Of a stretch of 64,000 nt of DNA, positions 13,940 to 32,229 are shown piece by piece. The translations under genes were made by a program, and so were the position numbers. Under the pieces are notes generated by a model. The model was not told the DNA's origin, did not search any database, and saw nothing but the letters and a program-made list of their open reading frames with translations. The DNA lies in contig OX597840.1 in assembly GCA_951406725.2 (NCBI GenBank), forward strand, positions 17,546,001-17,610,000. Reading direction: 5' to 3'. Numbering within the stretch: the first letter of the stretch is position 1; every line of letters starts with the position of its first letter. The DNA is from Octopus vulgaris (taxonomy: Eukaryota).

Positions 13940-14131
13940 TGGTGTCAAGAATAGTTTTGGCATTTATACATTTAGGCAGATTTAAAGGGGTGGTGGTGGG
14001 GGACTTTTTGGGGTAGGCAGGGCGCAAACTGTCTTTCTTAGGGGAGTGGTCAAAAGAATCAGTGATAAAGTAGGTAAATGAATAAATAGGATAATAGAAT
14101 AGAGTTTTAGGTAAATAAGAAGACTATCACT

Positions 14132-17016
<2,885 letters not shown>

Positions 17017-17096
17017 GTGAATAGTCTTAGGAAAGAAGGTAATTGGGGGTGCTGAAGGAACGGTGGGTGTGGGGGGTTTTTGTGGGTGGGGTGTCG

Positions 17097-19237
17097 TCAA
17101 TCGGGTTGCCTGGTGGGTCTGTAGTTTTTGTAGTTTGCATAAATTTTGTGCATACAGTTTGGGGAGTGTTCCAAGATCTTGTTGAGGAGAGGGCCTTTGG
17201 CGAACAAGATCTCCAGGCTCTCAGAAATGCAAAGGTCACAGCAGGTATGGCCTCCTGTGTACGAACGCGCCCTCTGTAGTAGTCTCCACTTGATCTTGAA
17301 GGGGATGGAGTTCCTTTTAAGGTACCAGATGTGGGCGGCGAGAGTGGTCTGGTTAGATTTGTCAGGTCGCCGGAACGAGTGTGTGTGGGCGTACCAGCGA
17401 GTCCTAAAGCTATTTGATGTCATTCCGATGTACGATTTTCTTTTATCATCGGGGCCTGATCGTACCTCGCTTATGTAGACGAGGTCCTTCTGTAGGCAGT
17501 TGTTGTTGAGGGGGCAAGTGGTTTTATCAGGGAAGTTGCAATTGCTTTCGGATGTTGGATGGGCTTCGGAAAAAGTAAATTTATTAAGTTTTTTTACGTT
17601 ATTGTTGGCTAGGTTCCTGGCTAGATTGGGTGTGGTGGAGTAGGAGAGTCTAATGGTGTTCTTATTAAGGATTGTATAGTACTTATGTTGGGTGGGGAAG
17701 TGTTTTTGTAGGAGAGTGAAGAAAATTTTAGCTACAGGTGTTGCGACTTCACGGTTGAAGGGGGGGTTGTACCAGCTAATGTGTCTTCGCCTATTTTTCC
17801 TGGGTTGGCGTGGGGCTATGCTAATGTAGGTGATCTTATCTTTAAAGCCACTGTGGGCCAGGGCCTCGTTGTAATAGGGGGCTGCGGCATTAAAGATATC
17901 TTCGGTAGCGGACAGGCTAGATATTCTAATGGAGACACTTTTCATTAGGTTGTCTAATATATTTTTGGGGTGGTTAGAATTAATGTCTATATATCTAAGG
18001 GATTCATTTGGTTTATGGTACGGGTAATAAAGGGAAGTTTTTAAGTCGAGGGTAACGTCAAGGAAGTTAGCTTTGGTTAAGTTCGAATCTAAGGTAATCC
18101 TAAGACCTAAGTTTTTAAAAAAGTGTAATGGTTTTTCTGGAACCCATCCGTGGTCCTGGGGTTTATTTTGTGGAGGGCAAAAAGGCCATCATCGTGGTAG
18201 AGACCACCGGAGAGGCCTGTGAATAGGGTCTTCAGCCTATGGAGGATGAAAAGGCCCACAAGGTCACTTATTTCAGCCGAGTCGCTAGCACCCATGCTGA
18301 CGTCGAAGGGGGTCATGGATTTTTTGTTGATCCAGTGGGATCCGTCGTGGTAAAGAAAGGTCTTATGTGCATGGAGGATCACATCTTGCTCGGCTTCGGT
18401 GATGGTGGAGAACATCCTAGCGAAGTTAATCGCGTCAATCAGCAGGCTCTCCGATATGGAGGCGTAGTAATCCTCGATATCTACTTGTAGGAATCGGGTG
18501 TTGCTCTTGTCAGGTAAATCCCGGAACCATGTTATTGCATCGGAGGTCCTATTCCAGAGTGGAAGGGGTGAAGCTTCACGTATTTTAGGTAAAATCCTGT
18601 CCAGGATTTTCTTGCTGACGGATCCGATGTCAGACTTGGTTGGGTTAATCAGTCGGACCGATGGTTTATTTTCGAAATTGTCTTTGTGGTCTTTCAGGGT
18701 GAAGTGTGGGGACTTCACCCTCAGAGGTTCAGTTTGGTCATCGAGTTTAAGGGAAGTGGCTATCTCCTTCCCGGCTAAGTTAGTTTCAGTTAAAGATGTG
18801 TCATCAACTTTTTTGTACTTAGCTGTGATGGCGTTATCAGCTAGTCTGTTGTAGGTATCAGGAGTCACCGCGTAAATACTTTTTGTCTTGTCTGAAGGGA
18901 CATGGAGGTGCGGGGAGCTTTTCATTTTCGAGAGTTTCTCATTAAGTTCCGTTTGGAAAGGTAGGTTGACTTTCCTGAATTTGATATTTTTTATCATAAG
19001 GAAGAGGTCTTCTTCAAACGGTTCGAGTAGGCTGTTGGTAGGAGGGGCCTTATTTGATTTGAAGCCGTACTTATCATTATTGGTAGATGCTACATCAGGG
19101 TGGTCGAAGAAGAACGATCTCCATCTAATTCTTTTGATGAACTCATCAGTCCGTCTAATGAGCGCTTTTTGGTACTGTTTCCTTGGTGGGATAGTAATGT
19201 TCTTCAAGGAAGTGTTGAGGTCGATTCTTGTCAGCAT
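17097..19237 (-). pseudogene. Penelope-like RT + GIY-YIG endonuclease ORF with one frameshift near 18130
   Basis: SDKT, RLINP, DIEDYY, MGASD, GLYHDDGL (RT), FLDVTLD, SNHP, WYNPPF, CPLNNNC, VY...YIG (GIY-YIG), CDLC..E; reading continues in a second frame from FFKNLGLRIT. Confidence 0.93.
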
Positions 19238-19368
19238 TTTTTCTTGGTGATGGTTATAAGGGCACTGGGGTGTGCTAGGATATGTAGGTCCTGGGTTGAG
19301 TCGGGGTTAACCACAGTAAATAAGGTACTCAATACATAGCAGAGTAAATTAATTTATTTTATAGAAGG

Positions 19369-19419
19369 AGCTTCTACAGGACTAGAACTGTTTCATTCAA
19401 ATGAAATCATCAGGAAGCT
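19369..19419 (-). ncRNA. Minimal type I hammerhead ribozyme in 5' pseudo-LTR
   Basis: Identical to the 13889-13939 motif. Confidence 0.8.
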
Positions 19420-19956
19420 TGGTGTCAAGAATATATATATAAGCACTGACTGGCATTGGATGTGGAAACGGTTGTAAGAAATGTTACGTCATGTTTTGTA
19501 TTAAAAAATATTCTACAGATGTGGTCCAGTTTGTTTGTTGATCAAATGTTTTCTCCATTTTTTTATTATTTAAACTTATATAATTAAGAGAAAATGACCT
19601 CTATTAAGTCGTTCACTTGATAGTGAAAGATATTATCTATATTAAATCATATAGAAAAAATCTAAATATATTATAATAAATATTATTCTAAAAATCACTA
19701 AATTAAATAAACATTAAATTGACTACGTCTTTATATTTTTGATTTTAATATTATCTTTAAATCAATAATAATAAAATCAATAATATATGTGTGTGTGTGT
19801 GCGTAATCAGGAGAGAATGCGCACAGTGTTAGGACCCGATCGACCCTTGATTGCCCTCCCTCTGTTTGGTGCCCACCTCCCTTAGGCTCCATTATATCTC
19901 AACCATGTATCATCCTATTCTAGTTTTCGTTAATTCTCTCTGTTTCAATTTAAAAG

Positions 19957-20165
19957 ATTCCAAGAAAGAGAGAGAGTAACCCCTTAACCAATGCCCTCCA
20001 ATGTGAGAAGGACTTTGCAGAGCAGATGTTAGCTCCAGTGAATTTTCTGGTGAACCCTCGAAACCGTAAACTGAGTGACAAGCTCAAGCCTAGATTACTG
20101 ACAGAGATTTCTGGAAACAAAAGTTGCCCAAGTTCTGTCACTTCTGCAGAGGAACAAGTCAAAGA
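19957..20165 (+). CDS. DLEC1: DLEC1-like exon
   Basis: IPRKRES...PVNFLVNPRNRK... resembles the DLEC1 NHFLKNPRF motif as recalled; aAG acceptor, GTAAG donor, phase 0-2. Confidence 0.85.
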
Positions 20166-20274
20166 GTAAGAATTGTTATTTGTCCTCTTGGAAATTATTT
20201 TTCCACTGAGCAAACTTTGGTAAAATATTATGACTTTCAATACATTTTCTAGAGATGAGTATGTGTGGCCTTCT

Positions 20275-20946
20275 GTATCATCAGCATCGTTATCATCATC
20301 GTCATCGTCGTCGTCATCATCATAATCATCATCGTTATCATCGTCGTTGTCATCATCATCATCATGATTGTCGTCATCGTCATCATCATTATTGTCATCA
20401 TCATCATCATCCTTATCATCATCATTATCATCATCTTTATCATCATCGTCATCATCATCATTGTCTTCATCATTGTCATCATCATCATCATCATCATCAT
20501 CACCTTCATCATCATTACCATCATTATCACCATCAACATCATCATCATCAACGACATCATTCTTTAACGTCCATTTTTCATGCTGGTATGGGTTAGATGG
20601 TTTAACCAGAGCTGGCAAGCCAGAGAGCTGCTCCAGGTTCCTATCCGGTTTGGCTTGGTTCCTATGGTTGGATGCCCTTCCTAATGCCAACCACTCCCTC
20701 CGAGAATGTAATGCGTGCTTTTTACGTGCCACCAGCAATGGCCACAAGTATGATTCCACTTGGCTTGATGAGTCTTCTCAAGCACAACATATCGCCAAGG
20801 GTCTCGGTTATTTGTCATTGCCCCCATGAAGCCCATCATTTGAAAATCATGCTTCACCACCTTGTCCCATGTCTTCTTGGCTCTACCTCTTCCACAGATT
20901 CGCTCCACAGTTAAAGACTGGCACTTTTTTGCAAAATTGTTCTCGT

Positions 20947-20950
<4 letters not shown>
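20275..20950 (-). mobile_element. RTE LINE 3' end with expanded (GAT)n tail
   Basis: [17 protein letters not shown] remnant, same 3' UTR, ~290 bp degenerate (CAT)n. Confidence 0.8.
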
Positions 20951-21000
<50 letters not shown>

Positions 21001-21094
21001 ATGTATGTATGTATGTATGTATGTATGTATGTATGTATGTATATATATTATGTATAAATATATATATATGTATATATATATGTATGTATATATA

Positions 21095-21160
<66 letters not shown>

Positions 21161-21190
21161 GTATATATATATGTATGTCTATATATGTAT

Positions 21191-21224
<34 letters not shown>

Positions 21225-21514
21225 GTATATATGTATATATATATATATGTTGAAGGTTGAAAAGGAACACACGAGTTGATATATATATATATAATACAAA
21301 GTAAGATAGGGGTTATGGGTGTAACCCACTATGGGATAGCATTTATCCAATATACTGTTGGTACAGTACTTAGATCCTTAATACATAAATTTTTTTAATT
21401 ACAATGCAATTAACTCATTTATTGTATTAAACGGGTGAAGGTAAAGAAATATTTTTGCCGTAAATTTATAATACAAATAAGAAAATGGAGAAACAAGTTT
21501 AGTTTGTTCATCAA

Positions 21515-22094
21515 CTTTTGGATAATATAATGTTGGATTATTTATTCATTTAACAAAATGAGAACCTTAATAGCATACATATATATCTTATAATTCAATA
21601 TATATAAGATAAGAATACAAGTTATAAAAGTCATAATATAAATTAATGAAATCATTAAAATCACTTTTTACAGCTGTTTCAGCCTATGGCTAAAAGTAGA
21701 TCATTTTATTTTCATTGCCTATCGGTGTCAACATACTGAGGTTATAGGCATTTAAAAATAGGGTACTTATATAAATAACCATAGGCCTCATCAAAGGTTA
21801 TAAGGAACTTTAAAAATATTGATAATAATACATTAAACATGATACATGTATTATTTAATATATATAAAAAAATAAACAAATATCCATATAGCCATATACA
21901 TATACATATATACACACATATACATATATAAGCAAAGTGTATATACTATTTACATGTGTAAAATAAATAAATACAATTAAACAATAGGTTCAAGTGAACC
22001 TATATGTATTGAATTATAAGATATATTTGTATGCTATTGAAGTTCTCATTTTGTTAAATGAATAAATAATTCAACATTATAATATCTGAAAGTT
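21515..22094. repeat. Fold-back element (~90-bp arms) enclosing a hammerhead-like motif
   Basis: 21515-21605 inverted at 22001-22094; minus strand TTGATGA-GGCCTATGG...CCATAGGCT-GAAA-CAGCTG-TA at 21669-21794. Confidence 0.75.
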
Positions 22095-22475
22095 ACTCTT
22101 TTACTTGTTTCAGTCATTTGACTGCGGCCATGCTGGAGCACCGCCTTTAGTCAAGCAAATCGACCCTGGGACTTATTCTTTGTAAGCCCAGTACTTATTC
22201 TATCGGTCTCTTTTGCCGAACCGCTAAGTGACGGGTACGTAAACACACCAGCATCGGTTGTCAAGCAATGCTAGGAGGACAAACACAGACACACAGACAT
22301 ACACTCACACACACATATATATATATACGACAGGCTTCTTTCAGTTTCCGTCTACCAAATCCACTCACAAGGCATTGGTTGGCCCGGGGCTATAGCAGAA
22401 TACACTTGCCCAAGATGCCACGCAGTGGGACTGAACCCGGAACCATGTGGTTGGTAAGCAAGCTACTTACCACAC
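22095..22475 (-). mobile_element. SINE A
   Basis: Near-complete match to the 13357-13780 copy. Confidence 0.9.
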
Positions 22476-22768
22476 TAAATTTGTTTCTCCATTTTATTAT
22501 TTGTATAATATATATATATGGAAAGGGTTAAAATATATGATGGTGGATAAATGTATTATTGAAAGAAGCTTTGATGTTTCGAGGGGAAAGAGAGGCAGGG
22601 CAATAAATGACATACCTGTTATATTTTGAGGTTAACTTAACTTCTCTCTAACTCACAACTAAAGAAATTTATTAATTTTTTCCAAAAGTGTAGCAAGGAA
22701 TCGTGGGGTGGGGACAGTTTCCTGTGTAAATGAATGATGTCTTCTTTGATCACTTTCTTCTTCCTCAG

Positions 22769-22838
22769 GTCTCCTCTCTTCCTGCCGACCCCTCGGAAAA
22801 TTCTCTTTACAGATTACAGAAGCGGTGAGATATACGAG
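22769..22838 (+). CDS. DLEC1: DLEC1-like exon
   Basis: SPLFLPTPRKILFTDYRSGEIYE (cf. human [22 protein letters not shown] from memory); ttcctcAG / GTAAG. Confidence 0.92.
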
Positions 22839-22878
22839 GTAAGGTCTGTCTTTGATTTGTACCTTGATTTCAGAGGGG

Positions 22879-22909
<31 letters not shown>

Positions 22910-23779
22910 TGAGTGAGAAGGGGGAGACTAGGAGAGAGAGACTATCCTTGGTGTTTCATAATGCATCTATCCTTGTTTATCACTGATTCTTCTTGATTTC
23001 AGAGGGAAGAGAGTATGAGAAAGAGAGAGAGAGAGAGAGAAAGAAAGGGAGGGTGAGAGGGGAGAGAGTATGAGAAAGAGAGAGAGAGAGAAAGAAAGGG
23101 AGGGAGAGAGGGGAGAGAGTATGAGAAAGAGAGAGAGAGAGAAAGAAAGGGGGGAGAGAGTATGAGAAAGAGAGAGAGAGAGAAAGAAAGGGAGGGAGAG
23201 AAGAAGAGAGAATTAGCAAAAGAAACTATCCTTGGTTCTTGATTATGCATCTATTCCTGTTTACTGCTGACTCAGTCATCACTGATAAGGGATAACATGG
23301 TACACTTGATTGTGATTGATGTTAGGCTTGTCATAGATTGATCTGTGATGACAAAAATTAGTGTTCAGGGATTCTGCTTGGACCCCAAAAGCATGCCCAG
23401 TGACCTTCTGCAATGCTCAGGACAACTTGGGGCCTCAGGATGAAACCTATTTTGCCCGTATGTTCTATTATGCATTTATCACTGTTACACTTAAATGTGA
23501 TTTATGCTATGGTTGAGTGCACCATGGTTGCCCTTTCTAACATCAAACACATTACAATATAAACTGAGAGTTTGTTTTTAATGCCACTAGTACTGGTTGT
23601 CCAGCGGCTGCTGTGAGGCTAATTAAATCAACCCTAGTACACAGCTGGTACTTATTTTATCGACCCCCTAAAAAGGCATGAAAGTTTCTTGTAATGATAG
23701 TGACACCTACCACCATTTCCCCTCTCCAAATATTTATAGGCTAAGGTCAAAGGTTCTGGCCCAGAGTAAACAAACGGGT

Positions 23780-24155
23780 GCTGGGTGTTGAAAAGTTCCT
23801 GGCTTTAGGGGTATCGTGAAAGGCCTGGTTGAAGGCCCAACCTTCCAAGTTCTTTCACAGGGATTAGAAAACTGAAGGACTGCTGCAATAAGTGTATGAA
23901 TCAGAGAGGGGAATATGTTGAATAAAATCATAATTAACAGATCTTCCTGTATTTTCTTTTACTCAAAGCCAGGAACTTTTCAGCACTCCTTTGTGTGTGT
24001 GTGTGTGTGTGTGTGTGTATGAGTGTGTGCTGAAAACTTTCTGGCTTTAAAAGTGTTGCAAAAGGCCTGGTAAGAGGCCAAACCTTCCGAGTTTTTTTAC
24101 AGGGCTTAGAAAAACTGAAGAGCTACAGCAAAAGTGTGTGAATCTGAGAGGGGGA
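23780..24155 (+). mobile_element. Mariner-derived short repeats (two tandem copies; third at 62846-63525)
   Basis: GAAAAGTTCCTGGCTTT ... AAAGCCAGGAACTTTTCA TIRs; internal mariner-like 3' end ..KC(V/M)N(L/Q)RGEYVE. Confidence 0.65.
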
Positions 24156-24481
24156 AAAAGTTTTCCATTAAGATTTGTGATTTTAGTAAGGTTAATATTC
24201 ATAATGAATTTGCCATTTTTGAAAGGTGTGCATTGCATACCTAGCATACCCAGAATATACGCCCCCTAGCATTAACTCTGTTATAGGTCACGGGGTCAAG
24301 GTAGGCCTTTGGCTAAAATAAAAAACAAAAACAAAACAAAAGAATGACACATTGGATGATATGGTCCTAGATACACTATGACTAAATATAAAATAAGATG
24401 GAATGTCTTTGATCAGAAGTCTGCTCAAGCAGGGCTGAACTTGGAATAATAAAAACTACAAGAAGGGATGTCACATTAGAT

Positions 24482-26310
<1,829 letters not shown>

Positions 26311-26478
26311 TATTAGATGAGGTAGCCCTAGGTACACTGTGCCTGAATAAGACAAAGCTAGCCTAGGTACAATTTGACCAATTTCGATCAGAGGTCTGCT
26401 CCTTCGGGGCTGAACTTGGGCCAATAATAACGGCAACAACAGTAATTGCAGTCTGGTGTTCTTTGTGTCTTTCAACAG

Positions 26479-26566
26479 GCCAGACTGGAACTGAAGAACG
26501 TATCGTCTGTACTTCGGCCGTGTCGAGTGATTCCACCAGCAACCAAATACTTTTTAGTTGGACTTG
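26479..26566 (+). CDS. DLEC1: DLEC1-like exon
   Basis: ARLELKNVSSVLRPCRVIPPATKYFLVGL; cAG / GTGAG; phase 0-1. Confidence 0.92.
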
Positions 26567-27559
26567 GTGAGTTGCAGAAACAGTTCCGACCCGGTTTTAT
26601 TTCTTCTTTCACCAGCTTCAATTTCTGTGTGTGTCTGCATGTGTGTGTGTGTGTGTTGTGTGTTTGTATGTACTTGTGTGCGTGTGCGTGTGTGTGTGTG
26701 TTGAGTGTTTGTGTGTACTTGTGTGCTTGTGTGTGTGTATGTGTGTATGTACTTGTATGTCTGGTTGTGTGTGTGCATGGGCTTCTGTGTGTGTGTGTTT
26801 GTGTACAAGTGCTTATTTATGTGTGTGTGTGCTTGTGTGTGTGTCTATGTGCATGCATGTGTGCATATGTGTGTGTGTGTGTGCATATGTGGGTTGTTAC
26901 TTAAGCCTCCTTATCAAACTCGATTAAGTAAATGCACGAGTCATTCCAGCCATGACCATCACCATCTATTCATAATTATCAGAACCGTTACATCATCTTA
27001 TGCGTCCCTTTCCTTCATTATCTTAAGGAGATTTGGCTGCCATTTCCTACTGACAATGTATCCACACAGTGGTGGGCGAATCCCAGTCCAGATTCATAAA
27101 GGATGATATTGACAATAGCAGCTATCATCACCCTCATTATTTAACATCCATGTTCCATGCTGGCATGATTTGGATGGTTTAACATGATCCGGTGGGCCCA
27201 AGGACTATGCTGTGCTCCAGTGTCGACTTTGCCATGGCTTCTATGGTTGGATGCTCCTTCCTAATGCTGTGCGGTGAGCTGGCAGAATCGTTAGCACGCC
27301 GGGCGAAATGCTTAGCGGTATTTCGTCAGCCACTACGTTCTGAGTTCAAATTCCTCTGAGGTCAACTTTGCCTTTCATCCTTTCAGAGATTGATTAAATA
27401 AGTACCAGTTATGCACTGGGGTCGATATAATTGACTTAATCCGTTTGTCTGTCCTTGTTTGTCCCCTCTATGTTTAACCCCTTGTGGACAGTAAAGCAAT
27501 AAATGCTGCTCGGTGATGTTGGTAATGATTGTGGAAGGAATGAGGGTGGGGACGGTGGT

Positions 27560-27998
27560 GGCAGGGTGATGCTGATGATGTCATTATTGTGGTGATGATG
27601 ATGATGATGATGCTGCTACCACTAGCCGTTGTGGTTTTGATGGTGATGGTTGTGATGATGGTGACGGTGGTGGTGGGGATTGTGATTTTGGGGGTAAATA
27701 TGACAACAATGACGATGACGATGATGATTGTGATGATGATTGTGATGGTGGTGGTGGTGGTGGTTGAGTAATTGATAACAGCGGTAATCAAGTTGCTGCT
27801 GCTGCTGTGGCTAAATGTTGGTTAAAATGTTCATGGCAGTGAGGATGGTGATGATGATGGTTGTAGTCTTCATGAGACTGATGATGATGACGACGACAAC
27901 ATCAACGATGATGATAGTGATGGTGATGATGGCGATGGAGATGGTGGTGGTGGTGATGATGGTGGTGATGATGGTGGTGGTGATGGTGATGATGAAGG

Positions 27999-28044
<46 letters not shown>

Positions 28045-28052
28045 GGTGATGG

Positions 28053-28110
<58 letters not shown>

Positions 28111-28259
28111 TGTGGTGGTGATAATGGTGATAGTGACAATGATGATGGCGATGGTGATGATGACGATGATGATGATTAAAATGTTCATGACAGTGATGAT
28201 GATGGTGATGATGATGATGATGATGTTGATAAGTGGTGGTGATGATGATGGTAATGGTC

Positions 28260-28290
<31 letters not shown>
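27560..28290. repeat. (GAT/GGT)n trinucleotide tract
   Basis: Direct inspection. Confidence 0.95.
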
Positions 28291-28292
<2 letters not shown>

Positions 28293-28301
28293 CTGTTTCA
28301 G

Positions 28302-28475
28302 GCCAATTCCCCAACGAACAGGGTCTGGTGGCGCCAGGGATGAGCTGTATCTACACAATACGTTTTGCCCCCGACACCCTCGGCTCCTTCAAAGACGAAC
28401 TGCAAGTGGTGACACAATCTTCAACAAACATCATAGTACCACTCCTGGCCAAGAGACCACACCCCATTTTAACTC
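28302..28475 (+). CDS. DLEC1: DLEC1-like exon (ASH/PapD-like domain)
   Basis: GQFPNEQGLVAPGMSCIYTIRFAPDTLGSFKDELQVVTQS...LLAKRPHPILT; the VAPGMxC motif is typical of DLEC1; cAG / GTTAGT. Confidence 0.95.
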
Positions 28476-29481
28476 GTTAGTAACAATTAATTGTTTTTTT
28501 TCCATCTTCTTAATTGTTTGTTTTAGAATTATTGTTTTTGTTGTTATATTCTGTGTAGTCCAGTGGTTACTATGGAAACTTCCATTTTTGAAGGGATAAC
28601 GGACACAAGTATGTGTGACATATGTGACACACCCTAAATTCAGAAGGGCATATTCAAGGAAAAAGGGGGTAGACAAAATGGAATAAGCAGAACAAGAGGA
28701 GACACTTGGGATAGAGAGTTACAGAAGAGGCCACAGGAGGTGTGATGAAAGAAATTTGATACAGAAAGTAAAATAATAATAATAATAATAATAATCCTTT
28801 CTTTCTTTCATTTGTTTCAGTCATTCGACTGTGGCCATGCTGGAGCATGGTTTGACTAGTACTAATTTTGTTGACCCTAAATTTCTGGCCTTATGCTTAG
28901 AGTAGAAAGGATTATTATTATTATTAAGGTGGTGAGCCGGCAGAATCATTAGCACGCTGGGCAAAATGCTTCATGGCATCTCATACATCTTTACGATCTG
29001 AGATCAAATTCTTCCCAGGGGTAAACTTTGCCTTTCATCCTTTTGGGGGTTGATAAATTAAGTACCGGTGAAATACTGGGGTTAATGTAATCAACTTAAA
29101 CCCTCCACCGAAATTTCAGGTTTTGTGCCTATAGTAGAAAGGATTATTATTATTATTATTATGGAGTCACACTAGGTAGAACTATAGTATCTGGATTAAA
29201 GCTGGCCTTTAGTACTGAGCATCAGGCACAAAATTAGTTTATGGGTGGCTTAACTTCATATATAGGACCCAGGGTGATTTTTTACCTATTTTTTGTGAAA
29301 CATTCTCTCAAACCATATTTCTATTCCATAAATTTCATTAACAAAAATCTCTAAAATGATTACAAGTCCCTGGGTCAATACTATTGAATAAACTTAAAGA
29401 TGGTGCTCCAGCATGGCCAGGATTTGATAACCGAAACCAGTCAAAATGGTTGTGTGTATTTGATGATTTCTTTATTTTCAG

Positions 29482-29615
29482 TTCCGTCTGTACTGGACAT
29501 TGGTTTCTGTCTTATCGGCTGCAAACTGGTCACCCACGTGGTTATAAAGAATATCGGGGGAAGTGGATGCTTTTGTATGATGCCAGCTGATTTGTGGAAT
29601 ACAACTGCATACAAG
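29482..29615 (+). CDS. DLEC1: DLEC1-like exon
   Basis: PSVLDIGFCLIGCKLVTHVVIKNIGGSGCFCMMPADLWNTTAYK; cAG / GTGAG. Confidence 0.95.
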
Positions 29616-29861
29616 GTGAGCTACGTTTTGTTTTAACTGTATATCTATTCCATTCCTTGACTCTTCTATTCTTATTTGCATATCCAGCAACCCTGGTCAC
29701 CTACTGTGAAATATAAAATGAACTTTTTTCTGTTTATATAATATGAAAATCTCCATAACCTTCCATCTCAATAAAACATTATTGTCCTTGAAAGTTGTTT
29801 TTTTGTATTAACTTCAGATTGCTTGAAGCTAACTTTCTTCCTACACTTCGATCCGTGGCTG

Positions 29862-29900
<39 letters not shown>

Positions 29901-30363
29901 GGTGCATAGCTTAGTGGTTAGGGTGTTGCACTCATGATCTAGCAAGCAAGAGCAGGTGGTGTGTTGTGTTCTTGAGCAAAAACACTTCATCTCCTGATAC
30001 TCTGTGATTGCTTTAACACCTGACATGTAGTACACTGTACACCTGTTCAGGTAACATTCATTTGATGGCGTGAGTGAGCTAATGTACAGCACGGACATAG
30101 GATTACTATAAACAAATCATTTGTGCAAGATTTTCGGAAAAAGCTGATCGCTCATTTGTCATCTTTAACAGATAAGTCCATTATATATATAATTCAATTA
30201 ACGGCATGGATGACACGATCCCTTCATGAAGAAATGGTGTCATCCAATGAAATACTGGTTCAATACCTAATATTCTGGTGGTTGGGGGGAATTGATATTC
30301 TTAAAATAGTAGGTCTGCTGCAATGAATCTACAAACATACAAAACATTTAAGGGTGTATTTTT

Positions 30364-30446
30364 TCCCTCTGATGAGATTATGCTCAGAAATATGAATTTA
30401 ATATCTAATTAATTTCACTGTCTATAATTGAAACAGCTGTAAGGGA
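30364..30446 (+). ncRNA. Type I hammerhead ribozyme with intact core
   Basis: TCCCT-CTGATGA-GATTATG...TATAATT-GAAA-CAGCTG-TA-AGGGA; perfect stem I, palindromic stem III. Confidence 0.75.
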
Positions 30447-30508
30447 TAATGATCAATTTGTTGCTGATAATAAACTCTTATTAACTTCAATATCTCCATT
30501 TTCTTCTT

Positions 30509-30575
<67 letters not shown>

Positions 30576-30576
<1 letters not shown>

Positions 30577-30968
30577 CTCTTTACTTGTTTCAGTCATTTG
30601 ACTGCGGCCATGCTGGAGCACCGCCTTTAATCGAGCAACTCGACCCCAGGACTTATTCTTTGTAAGCCCAGTACTTATTCTATCGGTCTCTTTTGCCGAA
30701 CCGCTAAGTGACGGGGACGTAAACACACCAGCATCGGTTGTCAAGCAATGCTAGGGGGACAAACACAGACACACAAACACACACACATATATATACATAT
30801 ATACGACAGGCTTCTTTCAGTTTCCGTCTACCAAATCCACTCACAAGGCATTGGTCGGCCCGGGGCTATAGCAGAAGACACTTGCCCAAGATACCATGCA
30901 GTGGGACTGAACCCGGAACCATGTGGTTGGTTAGCAAGCTACTTACCACACAGCCACTCCTGCGCCTA
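30576..30968 (-). mobile_element. SINE A (young subfamily)
   Basis: Nearly identical to 54920-55335. Confidence 0.9.
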
Positions 30969-31019
30969 TATGTATATATATATATATATAGGTATGTTGG
31001 TGTGAACATGCAAAATAGA

Positions 31020-31840
31020 ACTCAAAATATGAGTATGTATATGACTGCTGAGAACATGTGAAGGCTTGAAAGAAATGAAGCTAGTGTGATCCACTGGATG
31101 TGTAATGTCAGTGTGCATACAGGATAGAGTGTGCACACTGCACTGGTATGGTCATGTGTTACATATGGATAAGGACAGCTGTGTGAAGTAGTGTCATACC
31201 CTAACAGTGGAAGGAACATAGGAAGAGGGGGATCCAGGAAGACATGGGATGAGGTGGCGAAGCATGACCTTTGAACGCTGGGCCTCACAGAGGCAATGAC
31301 AAGAGACTAAGACCTCTGGAGATATTCTGCGATTGAGAAGACCCGGAAAGTAAAGTGAGATTGCAGCCATGGCCAATACCAGTGATGCATGACTGGGCCA
31401 TTGGAAAGTAACCTTGAAGTGTTGGGCAATGTGATGTGCTTGAGAAGATCTGTTGAGTCAAGTGAAATCGAAATTGTAGTCGTGGCCAGTGCCACCCGAC
31501 TGGCACCCATGCTAGTGGCATGTAATAAGCACCATTTGAGCATGCTAGTACCGCCTGATTGGCTCCCCATACTGGTGGCACATAAAAAGCATCATCCGGA
31601 TGTGGTTGATGCCAGTGTCCCCTGACTGGCTGGTGGCACATAAAAAGTACGTACCACTACACTCACCGAATGGTTGGCATTAGGAAGGGCATCCAGCTGT
31701 AGAAACTCTGCCAGATCAGATTGGAGCCTGGTGCAGCCCACTGGCTTGCCAGACCTCAGTCAAACTGTCCAACCTCTGCCAGCATGGAAAGCGGATGTTA
31801 CACGATGTTGATGAGGATGATGTTGATGATGATGATGTAT
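31020..31840 (+). mobile_element. RTE LINE 3' end with (GAT)n tail
   Basis: RGGSRKTWDEVAKHDL coding remnant, then 3' UTR ending ..CCAGCATGGAAAGCGGATGTTA..(GAT)n. Confidence 0.85.
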
Positions 31841-32229
31841 GCATTGACTGAGCATACCTGCGCATAGTTTGCTCCCTCTATGTGTATAAGTCATGGACTG
31901 CCGATATGATTCACCTCCAATCGTGTCCAGGTACATGATGTTATAAGTCACAAAAGTGGTGAAACACCAATGTCCCTCACTCCTGGATGGGACTGGAGGT
32001 GAGTTATCTCACCTGTTCATGACTTATCAAGTGTTTTAACACCTGGTACTTTGAGGGAGTTTTCTCCACCATACCAAATCGTAGCCTCCTGACAAATTCA
32101 AAAGGCAAAGACATTAAGTGTATGTAGTTGATGATGTTTATTACACTAGCCCTGCTGCTATCTTATATTTCAAACAATCTACATGAATTAAGGTATCAAG
32201 GCAGAAAATATACAATGAATTATATATTC

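Noticed and set aside
17097-19237. Selenoprotein/SECIS system in the Naiad-like ORF
   Set aside because: No in-frame TGA in either PLE ORF and no SECIS core recognised by eye
19285-19340. Short intron in the PLE 5' leader (minus strand GTA...AACCCAG)
   Set aside because: Plausible by analogy to Penelope, but the donor is ambiguous and cannot be supported from sequence alone
19950-20829. Poly-Asp/His/Ser ORFs
   Set aside because: (CAT)n tail of an RTE 3' end; the real exon is on the + strand at 19957-20165
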